A stretch of 39,516 bases of DNA from a virus (Duplodnaviria > Caudoviricetes). Below, in pieces: positions 31,868 through 39,516 of the stretch; position 1 is the stretch's first letter, and every line of letters starts with the position of its first letter. The notes below the pieces were generated by a model that was given only the letters and a program-made list of their open reading frames with translations, was not told where the DNA came from and did no database searches. The position numbers were made by a program, and so were the translations under genes. The DNA lies in the IMG/VR virus record IMGVR_UViG_3300049228_000044, positions 1 through 39,516 of that record. The stretch is one strand, 5' to 3'.

Positions 31868-33987
31868 TCCGCCAAACTCCCGCCTTCGCGGTTCTGGCTC
31901 AACTTGGCATCGCTTTCACGGTCGCGGCGCTGCTCCGCGTAAACGGCGCGGCTGGCTTCCATCGTCATGCGCCGTTCTTCCAGTTCGGCCTCGCGGTCCA
32001 TGCGCTGCAATTCCAGCGCGTGTTCGCGGTTCATCCTTTCCACCGCCAGTTCGGCTTCAAACTCGGCCTGTTCGCGGGCAAGCTGCTGCTTGAGCATGGC
32101 CTCCTCGCGCGTTGCAGCCAGTTTAGCGGCCTGCGCCTGTTGATCGCCCTGAAGTCTGGCCTGCTGCAGTTGCATTTCAGCCTGAACCTTCATCATTTCC
32201 GGGTCAGGCTTTTGTTCCTGCTGCTGGCCTTCCTGCGGCTCGTTCAGGTATTCGTCGGTGTCTTTGATCCCCGCTGCCGTAAGCTTGCGCTTGACCGCGT
32301 TATAGACCTTGGTTTCATCGACCAGCCCGCCAAATGGCGACTGCGCCAGTTGTTCCATTGTCTCAAGCACACCATCGGCCAAGGCCATCTGTTCGGACTT
32401 GTCGCCAACCCCAAGCCCGACCGAAATAGAAACGTCCATTTCAGGCCAGCCACGCGGGTCCATCGGCACCCATTTGTTGCGCAGGCGGATAACCCGCTCC
32501 TGCTGCTGATGCTTTGTCACAAGCCCCAGGACCAACAGGAACAGCCGTTTCACGCCAGTCTCGGCAAAAATACGCGCGATCATCTCAATCCTGGCATTCT
32601 TGCCGCCCTGGACCATCGCCATTTCCGTAGCAGTCATGCCGCTTTTCTTGAGCGAGTTGCTGTCAAGGCCCTGCCCGGCCCGTGAAACCCCCGTGGTTTC
32701 CTCCACCCGCATGGCGACCATTTCCAGCATCGGCATGGATGCACCGGCGGTGTAGGGCACCGCGTCATAACGTAGTTGGTTGATGTCCCGCACCATAACC
32801 GCAGCGCCGGGCGCGGCATCGGCCAATGTTTCACCGGTCGCACCGTCCGTGCGCATCGCCGCTTCGCCAACTACCGGGCGCGGGTTGTTTGACTTGTACA
32901 GGTTATCGAGCATCTGCCGCCAAAGCACCGTCGAAATACGCTGTTCCTGGACCGTCAAATCGGCCAGCGCCAAGCCATAGACCTTGTGCGGCATCGGGAT
33001 TGGGCAAACCCCGGCAAAGGCGTTCTCCTCTGTTTCCTCGTTCAACAGGATCGTGTCGCCAACCCGCATCACCCGGCGAAGCTCCGCCACCCCATCACCG
33101 TCATAATCGACCCGGATATATTCATCGCGCAGCGCCATAATGTCCTGCGACCTATGGGCGGAAAGCTGCATATTCTGGTCAAACGACTGGTCCGAATAGC
33201 GCGCATCGCGAAGGGTACTGTTTTCCTCGTTCGCGCTCGCAGGCAGGTTCTCGACGATCTCCGCGTCGAAACCCATTTCAATGAGGTCGCTACGGGTGAC
33301 GTTGTTAGGCACATGCGCACAATACGGCGCGTCCTTGATCGAGCGGGCGAGCGGGGAAATGCGAAACTCCTCCGGCGGCACGTTGCAAATCTTGACCCGC
33401 CCGTCATAGACCATGCGGCCAATGTAGAACACCCCGTTCTCTTCACCCAGATACTCAGGCGACTGGCGTAGGTAAGCGGCCTGCATGTCGTCCTGCGGCA
33501 TCACTTCCTGCTTATCGAGGCGCTGGTTATCCTCCCACCACACCTTCACAACCCCGAGCTTGGTAAGCAGCCCGTCCTTGAACCAGTCATGCAGGATCAA
33601 AAAGCCATGGTTGTCGCAGTTGAAAATGTAGTTCACATATTCCGTTGCCTGTTCGGCGAAGTCTATGTCTTCCTCGCTCCGAGGCGCAAAGCGCACGGTT
33701 TCATCACTTGAGACAAACGGCTTGAGGACCGCCGCCAAAGCATTATCGACCACCAGCGCGACTGTCCCATCAACCACCGAGGAAGTGCCCTCAGCGGCGG
33801 GGACATCGGCCATGACGCGGTTGTAATAGTTGAGCGCCTGCTCTTGCTGCGCGGTTACGTCATCACTGCCGCCCGCCTGATAGCCGATTGCCTGGCTGGC
33901 ATGGGCGCCAAGGATCGAGGTCAGTTCCTCGTCGGGCATGGCTTCGCCGTCCGGATCTTCCTCAAACATGGCGGGTTGCGTTGCCAT
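31864..33987 (-). CDS. Portal protein (P22-like)
   Basis: AEQATEYVNYIF...DGLL.K.GVVKVWW...VPPEEF.I...D.DGDG.AELR...RQMLDNLY..NNP motifs and Gln-rich C-terminal barrel. Confidence 0.92.
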   Translation of the reverse strand: MATQPAMFEEDPDGEAMPDEELTSILGAHASQAIGYQAGGSDDVTAQQEQALNYYNRVMADVPAAEGTSSVVDGTVALVVDNALAAVLKPFVSSDETVRFAPRSEEDIDFAEQATEYVNYIFNCDNHGFLILHDWFKDGLLTKLGVVKVWWEDNQRLDKQEVMPQDDMQAAYLRQSPEYLGEENGVFYIGRMVYDGRVKICNVPPEEFRISPLARSIKDAPYCAHVPNNVTRSDLIEMGFDAEIVENLPASANEENSTLRDARYSDQSFDQNMQLSAHRSQDIMALRDEYIRVDYDGDGVAELRRVMRVGDTILLNEETEENAFAGVCPIPMPHKVYGLALADLTVQEQRISTVLWRQMLDNLYKSNNPRPVVGEAAMRTDGATGETLADAAPGAAVMVRDINQLRYDAVPYTAGASMPMLEMVAMRVEETTGVSRAGQGLDSNSLKKSGMTATEMAMVQGGKNARIEMIARIFAETGVKRLFLLVLGLVTKHQQQERVIRLRNKWVPMDPRGWPEMDVSISVGLGVGDKSEQMALADGVLETMEQLAQSPFGGLVDETKVYNAVKRKLTAAGIKDTDEYLNEPQEGQQQEQKPDPEMMKVQAEMQLQQARLQGDQQAQAAKLAATREEAMLKQQLAREQAEFEAELAVERMNREHALELQRMDREAELEERRMTMEASRAVYAEQRRDRESDAKLSQNREGGSLAE

Positions 33988-34505
33988 CAATGCCTCGCAG
34001 GCTTGTGCGCCTGAAGCGCAAACTTGAAGCTGCCGTTGTCGGTTTCACCGGCCATGATTTCAAAATCCCCATGCCAGAGCCAACGGAAGTCCGTCATCGC
34101 CGTTTTCCCGATTTGCTTGACGTATTCGGTCTGGTCCAGAAACACCAATGTGCCCCGCGTGATGATCCGCCGGTGCGACGGGTCAGACCATGCCCAGATG
34201 TCATCCCATGCCGGAACGGTCGCAAACAACATGCCGCCCGGCTTCAGCACCCGATAAATCTCCGCGAACTGCGCGAAGAATGCCTTGTAATCGCCCTGTT
34301 CCCCAAGATGTTCCAGCACCTCGTAAGCGTGGACCTCATCGAAACTGTCCGCATCGACCGGCCAAGGCAGGCTTTCCAGGTCATGCACAATGTCCGCGCC
34401 GCAGTTGGGATCATGGTCCAGTGTAACCAGCCTGTCCCATTCCTGTCCGCCAAACGATAGCTTTTTGATCCGGCGATTGCCGCAGCCTATCAGGAGTTCA
34501 GGCAA
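33987..34505 (-). CDS. Class I SAM-dependent methyltransferase
   Basis: LIGCG motif I, D..HDL..LPWP...DSFDEV.A.EVLEHL, EIYRVLKPGG, DP.H motifs. Confidence 0.9.
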   Translation of the reverse strand: MPELLIGCGNRRIKKLSFGGQEWDRLVTLDHDPNCGADIVHDLESLPWPVDADSFDEVHAYEVLEHLGEQGDYKAFFAQFAEIYRVLKPGGMLFATVPAWDDIWAWSDPSHRRIITRGTLVFLDQTEYVKQIGKTAMTDFRWLWHGDFEIMAGETDNGSFKFALQAHKPARH

Positions 34506-34768
34506 GCGGCCATTTCCTCAAGCCCATGCTGCAATGGGCAAAGCCGGATTGCTTCCCACTTGTCCGGGTGCGACTTCTTGAAGGCCTCAGCGATCTCGCC
34601 AAGCAGGTTCGCGTCAAACGCATCCTCATACTTGCGCTCGGTTTTGACAATCTCTGCCTGGGTGACAGTTTTTGACGCCCCCTTAGCGGCCTGCCGCTCG
34701 GCTTCGCTGCCCTGCATCAATGCGGCATAACTCTGCCCCTCAAGCGGTACTTTGCGCGGCCTACCCAT
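34490..34768 (-). CDS. Hypothetical protein (92 aa, MGRPRK AT-hook-like start)
   Basis: GAGG RBS; lies between the radical SAM and methyltransferase genes. Confidence 0.7.
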   Translation of the reverse strand: MGRPRKVPLEGQSYAALMQGSEAERQAAKGASKTVTQAEIVKTERKYEDAFDANLLGEIAEAFKKSHPDKWEAIRLCPLQHGLEEMAACLNS

Positions 34769-34776
34769 GCTTCACC

Positions 34777-35616
34777 TCAATAGTTGCACGTGGAACAAGG
34801 GCTGATACCAAGCCGCGAGAGGTTCCTCACCCGTCGATCCCGATAACCCTTGCCGTTGTAAATCTCAAACAGCGTCTGCTCGTTCAGGTCGCCAATCGAA
34901 TGCTCGGCCTCGCCATCCATACAACACAGCGCCACCTTGCCGGTTGCCGTGATGCTCAGTTCATACCAGCGCGAACACGGCGCAATAGGGATAGGCGCGT
35001 CCCTGCCCTTCACATGGTCAATCCAGCTATCACGCTTGACCAGCTGCACGGTGAACAGCGGCCATCGGCGATGCACGTACTCCCTAAACTCCGCGTCGTC
35101 CCTGCCGTCCAGCGAACAAACCCGGCTTATCACCACCTTATGCCCAAAGCCGCCAGTTGCGACCAACTTGTGCAGCATATCCAGGTTGCCAGCCGTCCGG
35201 TCGAAGTCCAGCGACATCGTTTCCCGGTATTTGTCGGCGTCGTGCTCGTTCAGGCTTATCCAGAGGTGCAGCACCCGTTCAAGTTGTGCCACTTCGCCCA
35301 AATGCCGGGCCGTGAGCGCCGATCCGTTCGTGAACAGCCTCAGGTGTGCTTTCGGCAATTCAGCGTTGATACGGCGGCACAGTGGCAACAGGCGCTTGTC
35401 CAGAAACGGCTCATTAACCTTGAACGGTGAAATAACGAAAGGCCGGGGATGGTCCTTTAGCTCCTCAATGATCCGGTCAATCATCGCGTCCGGCATTCGC
35501 ACCCCTTGCCGGTCTAGCGTAGGATACGGGCAGAACACACAAGCCGCGTTACACTTGGCATAGGTTTCGATGCTGATTTCGTGCGGCCAGTCCAGATATG
35601 TCTCGCGCAGGTTCAT
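34777..35616 (-). CDS. Radical SAM protein with SPASM/twitch domain
   Basis: CNAACVFC (CxxxCxxC), NEPFLD, TNG; C-terminal PC...G.VALCC.D...IGDL...L.EIYNG...PCSTC. Confidence 0.92.
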   Translation of the reverse strand: MNLRETYLDWPHEISIETYAKCNAACVFCPYPTLDRQGVRMPDAMIDRIIEELKDHPRPFVISPFKVNEPFLDKRLLPLCRRINAELPKAHLRLFTNGSALTARHLGEVAQLERVLHLWISLNEHDADKYRETMSLDFDRTAGNLDMLHKLVATGGFGHKVVISRVCSLDGRDDAEFREYVHRRWPLFTVQLVKRDSWIDHVKGRDAPIPIAPCSRWYELSITATGKVALCCMDGEAEHSIGDLNEQTLFEIYNGKGYRDRRVRNLSRLGISPCSTCNY

Positions 35617-37106
35617 ACCACACCGACCCGCATTCCTGTGCGCGGAACATTCACAAGCGAAACCTGCGCGGGCCTGATCGCCGCGCCCTCGAACGCCTTG
35701 TAACCGTGGCTGTATTCATCATGCCTGGCGACATCCTTCCACACCGCCAACTTATCGTCCCACTCCTTGCGGTAGTTATCAAGGCAAAGGATCAACTGCG
35801 AACACCGCTCTTCATCAATCCACGCATTCGGGAAAAACGTGCGGCTGGCGTCGATACCGTGCTTTTCGGTTGTGATGCGGGGCAGTATCTCGGTTGGGTT
35901 GATCCCCGCCTCCTGCGCCAGTTCCCATTTGTGCTTGACTGACTGCGCGCCTTGCTGGCGCTGCGCCCCATCGTGCGGCAGGTAATGGCGGGAATAGGCA
36001 TAGCCCTTGGAAAGCAGCACGCCGGAGTAATGCCCCCAGCTCTCCCCGTTGTTTTCGTAATAATCGACCGCCCGACGCTCTAGCCCGACATCCTGCCAGA
36101 ACACAATCACCGTGCTGTCGTTAACGCCCAAATCCCAAGTTGTGTAAACCGGCTGATCCAGCACCGGCAGGCGGCAGATGCGGCCCTGTTGCCGCGCCTT
36201 CGCCATCTGCTTGCTGAAATATGCGCCCTCAACACTTGCCTCGAAAGCCTCCTCCGGCGTGGTCGGAAACTCGCGCTTCATATCCTCGTTTTGCTGTTCG
36301 GACTTCTTGACGTACCAAGCCCGCTGCTGCCTGGTCAGCGGTATCCCTAACCCCTCTAGCTTTCCGAAATACTCCTGGTCTTCGGATGTTTCGCCGACAT
36401 CGAAGCCAAGGCGATATTTGGCATCCTGATACCAAGGGAAAAAATGGAACTTGAAATCAAGCGGGGTCAATTCCTTTTGTGCCAAAGCGCGGTCTTGCGA
36501 TGCCTTGCACAAATCGAAGAAGTGGCCGCTATGACCTTCCGCCGTGCTTTCGATCCTGATCTTCTGCCCGATATGCACCGTATTCAACGCGCCAGATTTA
36601 ACCTCTTTGGCTTTGTCGGGAAACTTCGCACAGAGCTTCCCGTATTCGCTTACGTGCAGCCGCTGGAACGTGCCTGAGCGCAGCGAGGTGCCAACCCGGA
36701 TGCTTGAGCCATTCCCAAACCGCATTGACCTAGTGCTGTCCTGCGTTGCCGGGACCAGCTTTTTGAACTCCTCTGGCAAGGCGTCGTAAGCGAACCTGAT
36801 CTTGTTATGAAAAAACGCCTCGGCGTCTTCCCGGTTATGCGCGATCACACCCGCAGCCGTATTCGGGATAAACAGACAATCATCCAGGTAGTCTAACTGG
36901 ATCACTGTGGTGAAACCAAGCTGCCTGGCTTTCAGGATCAAATCGAAGCCATGCTGATCGTCTAGAAACTTCTCTTGCACCGGGCGAAGGCGAAACGGAA
37001 TTTTGTCGCCGCTTTCATCCTGCACCGAATAGAAACCATCACGCAGCCTTGCCAGCTTATCGGGCCAGCGGCGCGCGGCTTCCTCGATTATGCTTGCCCC
37101 AGCCAT
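35613..37106 (-). CDS. terL: Terminase large subunit
   Basis: ILKARQLGFTT Walker A, LHVSE Walker B, ESTAEG, and nuclease motifs WDLG..D.T, LPHD, HD..SH...AF. Confidence 0.95.
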   Translation of the reverse strand: MAGASIIEEAARRWPDKLARLRDGFYSVQDESGDKIPFRLRPVQEKFLDDQHGFDLILKARQLGFTTVIQLDYLDDCLFIPNTAAGVIAHNREDAEAFFHNKIRFAYDALPEEFKKLVPATQDSTRSMRFGNGSSIRVGTSLRSGTFQRLHVSEYGKLCAKFPDKAKEVKSGALNTVHIGQKIRIESTAEGHSGHFFDLCKASQDRALAQKELTPLDFKFHFFPWYQDAKYRLGFDVGETSEDQEYFGKLEGLGIPLTRQQRAWYVKKSEQQNEDMKREFPTTPEEAFEASVEGAYFSKQMAKARQQGRICRLPVLDQPVYTTWDLGVNDSTVIVFWQDVGLERRAVDYYENNGESWGHYSGVLLSKGYAYSRHYLPHDGAQRQQGAQSVKHKWELAQEAGINPTEILPRITTEKHGIDASRTFFPNAWIDEERCSQLILCLDNYRKEWDDKLAVWKDVARHDEYSHGYKAFEGAAIRPAQVSLVNVPRTGMRVGVV

Positions 37107-37363
37107 TTGCGCGCCTCTTGGCTAACGGCAACAGTCGCATTGACATCGAGCGGGATTAGCTTGGGATAGATACTCGACCAGAACGCGCGCTCGTTCAGCG
37201 GATCTTCCTTTGCCCATGCGATCATGCGCGCGGTGCCGCCCAAGCCGTCCGCCGCAATCTGGATTGCTTCCTTTGCGGCTATAGTGGTCTTGTTGGATGC
37301 GCCTTTGGGCCTGCCTTTACCGGCATTTCCCCTATTGGCGCCTATTTTAGGCTCGGTGGCCAT
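37088..37363 (-). CDS. terS: Terminase small subunit
   Basis: GKGRPKG..NKTT...KEAI..A...LGG...KL.P motif; directly upstream of terL. Confidence 0.8.
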   Translation of the reverse strand: MATEPKIGANRGNAGKGRPKGASNKTTIAAKEAIQIAADGLGGTARMIAWAKEDPLNERAFWSSIYPKLIPLDVNATVAVSQEARKWLGQA

Positions 37364-37443
37364 AGTTTAAACCTTCGCTTTCCGCTGCCTTGGGCTGGGC
37401 GGTTTCAGGTTGTGTTACCTTGGCGCAACTTTCCAAGTTGACG

Positions 37444-37474
37444 CAGATAGCGCATGACACGGTAAGAATGTCAA
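37444..37474 (-). promoter_or_regulatory. Putative late promoter
   Basis: Perfect TTGACA (37474-37469) overlapping the stop of the regulator gene, with GCTATCTG 17-19 bp downstream; structured leader before terS. Confidence 0.5.
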
Positions 37475-37962
37475 GCCCCGACGGCTGCGGATAACCGTTC
37501 GCCAGCCATGCGGATATCGAGCATACTGGTTTCCAGCCATATGCGCTTGACCACTCCGGCAGGAGTGGTGCCGCCCTTGTGCGCCGCCCATTGGCTGACT
37601 GTCAGATCATCGACGGCAACGGCGTGGGCGATTGGGTACAGGCTCCCCAATATCGTTTCCAGACGTTGCAGTTCATATGCGGTGCGGAAATATCCGGTTA
37701 CATCTCCACTTCCCCGCCCCTGCAAGGCTTTGTCCAGGCTGTCACGGATTGGTGATTTTTCCTCTGCAATCGCTACATCGCGGTAGCGGGAGAGGCCCGC
37801 GTGCTGGCGCTTGGATAGCTTTCCGGTTGCGGCCATGGTGTCGATTACGGGAATACGGCGGTAGGCCATGGTTTGCCGGGCGAACGCGCCTTTGCCGTAT
37901 TGTTCCGGGGTCGGCTCCGCGATCTGGATTTGCGGGCGGGGCTTGCGTTTAGCTTTGGCCAT
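37471..37962 (-). CDS. Putative late-gene regulator (Q-position, DUF6456-like)
   Basis: Last gene before the late promoter; IDTM...G.LS.RQH..L.RY...VAVDD.T.SQWA pattern. Confidence 0.55.
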   Translation of the reverse strand: MAKAKRKPRPQIQIAEPTPEQYGKGAFARQTMAYRRIPVIDTMAATGKLSKRQHAGLSRYRDVAIAEEKSPIRDSLDKALQGRGSGDVTGYFRTAYELQRLETILGSLYPIAHAVAVDDLTVSQWAAHKGGTTPAGVVKRIWLETSMLDIRMAGERLSAAVGA

Positions 37963-38251
37963 GCCGTGCCTTTCCTGTCAGACGCAGCCGATAGCCGCCA
38001 AACGTGTATTTCACAGCCCAGCGCAGGCGTTCCCGGAATGATGTTACCCCCGGCAACATCCGCGCCGCGTCCAGTTCGATAATGTCCCATTGCCGGGTTC
38101 GGGTATCGTCGCCAGCGCGGTGCAGCGCCTCGATTGTCCCATTGCGCGATGTTTCCGCAGCAGCCAGAGAACCAAAGGCGATTGGACCGGCCATGAACTG
38201 CGGTTGCCCGGCCTTGGGATTGGTGCTGACAATCGCGTATTGCTTGGCCAT
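37949..38251 (-). CDS. Hypothetical protein (~100 aa, start uncertain)
   Basis: Fills the gap between the Lar-like and regulator genes; alternative TTG start at 38317. Confidence 0.55.
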   Translation of the reverse strand: MAKQYAIVSTNPKAGQPQFMAGPIAFGSLAAAETSRNGTIEALHRAGDDTRTRQWDIIELDAARMLPGVTSFRERLRWAVKYTFGGYRLRLTGKARHGQS

Positions 38252-38259
38252 GCCCAATG

Positions 38260-38478
38260 CTAGCGCGGTTCGCGGGGCGGCGCAATGCCGGGCCTTCGTG
38301 ATTGCGTAAAGTTCCAATCATCAATGGCATGCTCGTCAGTCAGCCTAAGCCGACCTGCATTGCCGCAAGAGCGGCAGACAACCATTACGCCTTTGTGCGG
38401 CCATGCCCGGCTTTCCCCGTATGGATACGATAAAACCACAGCATTGCCTTGGCATACCGAGCAAGGTTCAATTCTCAT
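38260..38478 (-). CDS. lar: Lar-like restriction alleviation zinc-finger protein
   Basis: PC..C.G.A...V.C..CG......AI..WN pattern. Confidence 0.65.
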   Translation of the reverse strand: MRIEPCSVCQGNAVVLSYPYGESRAWPHKGVMVVCRSCGNAGRLRLTDEHAIDDWNFTQSRRPGIAPPREPR

Positions 38479-38651
38479 GGCCTGAACCTTTCCGGCAATT
38501 CATCCTTGGCGAGCATATCCAACACCATAGCTTCGCCGCGCGTTGGCGAGGCAGTACCGCTTGCCCAGCGGCCTATGGTGCTTTTGTCGCGGGCGAGCCA
38601 GCGGGCTACGGCCTTGTTTGACAGGCCAGTGGCGCGGATTAGGGCGTTCAA
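38475..38651 (-). CDS. Small XRE-family HTH protein (58 aa)
   Basis: Not in the ORF track. MNALIRATGLSNKAVARWLARDKSTIGRWASG..SP; TTGA and ATGA overlaps. Confidence 0.75.
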   Translation of the reverse strand: MNALIRATGLSNKAVARWLARDKSTIGRWASGTASPTRGEAMVLDMLAKDELPERFRP

Positions 38652-39001
38652 TCCCTAGCCCTTTCCCATCCTTGCGGGGTGTACGCGGCCTGCCGCTGGA
38701 TCAGCCATGCGCCGGGGGCGATGACTTGAGCGGCATGGGTATGGTGATCGCGCAGGTGTACCAGTTCTGCTGGTTCGCCTTCAACCTGGAGAAACCCGCG
38801 AAAAATATCCATGCCGGAAAACTGCCTAACGCCGGGGCGTTCCATGACAACATGGTGGTGCCCGGTTTCGCTGTGCGTGATGATGTACTGACCACGCTCG
38901 GCAGTAAGCGGCTTGGCATTGGCGGGGATAGCCTTGATCGGGATCAGGTAGACATCGCCCTGCGGGATTGCCTTGCGTGAGGTATCAAATTCAAAGTCCA
39001 T
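38648..39001 (-). CDS. QGDV/His-rich cupin-like protein (partner of DUF6745-like gene)
   Basis: QGDV...HSETGHHH...H...H...PG.W...RQ..Y motif; AAGGA RBS. Confidence 0.8.
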   Translation of the reverse strand: MDFEFDTSRKAIPQGDVYLIPIKAIPANAKPLTAERGQYIITHSETGHHHVVMERPGVRQFSGMDIFRGFLQVEGEPAELVHLRDHHTHAAQVIAPGAWLIQRQAAYTPQGWERARD

Positions 39002-39002
39002 G

Positions 39003-39516
39003 TTAAGTCCTTTCCACTGCAAACTTGAGAATTTCCGGGGGCAAGCCGCCGTGTAGCACGGATTGCGCTTCGTCCACGGTCTTTGTGCCGGGCGGCACGG
39101 GAAGCGCAAAGCGCCTGTTTGTCCCGCATAGGGCGTCAAGAAAGCGCTCGCGCCCGCTGTCGGGTAAATCCACCTCTACCAATCGGCCCCATACCGGATC
39201 GCCGCTGTCTTCAATGGTTTTCGCGGAAAGCTGATCAAGGATGTTCGCCCAACCGACAATTTCGCAAGCCGCCGCGCGTTGGTCCATATTGGGCCAATGC
39301 AGCGCTTCGGCAGCGCTAGGCGGCTTTCCGGTAGTCCAGTCGTTCGGGATGGTTTGACCGTGCCATGCGGATAGTCCGTAGCCATCGGCATAGGCAACGG
39401 CAAGCCCGGCCTCACTGTGTAACCTGCGTTCATCATCCCACTTGACCAGAACCGGGCGCTGCGATGCCACAACGATATTCTTATACGGCCACCACCACTC
39501 GCACTGCGTCGAAATG
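39003..39516 (-). CDS. DUF6745-like protein, C-terminal part (enters from window end)
   Basis: Frame is open to the window edge: ISTQCEWWWPYKNIVVASQRP...RLHSEAGLAVAYADGY...WHG...CGT.R.FAL.VPP. Confidence 0.85.
   Translation of the reverse strand, partial: ISTQCEWWWPYKNIVVASQRPVLVKWDDERRLHSEAGLAVAYADGYGLSAWHGQTIPNDWTTGKPPSAAEALHWPNMDQRAAACEIVGWANILDQLSAKTIEDSGDPVWGRLVEVDLPDSGRERFLDALCGTNRRFALPVPPGTKTVDEAQSVLHGGLPPEILKFAVERT

Larger units (their letters stand above)
1..39516. mobile_element. Near-complete tailed phage genome (podovirus-like, P22/BPP-1-type morphogenesis), probable alphaproteobacterial host
   Basis: Terminase, portal, scaffold, capsid, adaptor/nozzle, ejection proteins, tail fibres, lysis and early recombination genes are in canonical order. 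No tape measure, tail tube or host genes seen. Both ends fall within one gene family. Confidence 0.93.

Overview
The window is a near-complete genome of a GC-rich tailed phage with P22/BPP-1-like podovirus organisation. The host is probably an alphaproteobacterium; this is inferred from gene families and promoter style. The two ends fall inside one gene, a DUF6745-like protein broken at a 12-bp tandem repeat, so the genome is probably circular or circularly permuted with a small gap. A divergent switch at ~4320-4410 has three evenly spaced palindromic operators. To its right (+) is an early operon: ERF recombinase, HNH/Ref-like and NinB/DUF1367-like genes, and about 20 tiny genes. To its left (-) are cro-like, LexA-NTD, DnaA-CTD, RusA and DnaT-like genes. 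The - strand then continues across the junction through a Lar-like gene, a putative late regulator, terminase, portal, scaffold, capsid, adaptor/nozzle, ejection proteins, tail fibres and a lysis cassette (GH108 endolysin, holin candidates, embedded Rz/Rz1). I see no integrase, CI repressor, DNA polymerase, helicase or primase. The most notable observations are: (1) a ~490-nt structured non-coding region with a counter-transcribed small RNA and a 3' G-run, resembling a ColE1-type RNA II/RNA I primer origin beside a DnaT-like gene; (2) a cluster of promoter-driven small RNAs with identical tRNA-acceptor-like closing stems; (3) radical SAM/SPASM, methyltransferase and glycosyltransferase genes inside the head-assembly operon; (4) a probable +1 frameshift fusing an ejection protein to a lytic transglycosylase; (5) direct repeats carrying the RBS, each pair bracketing a single small gene; (6) a leaderless antisense membrane-peptide gene beside the large ejection protein. 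All family names come from motif recognition by eye, not from database searches.
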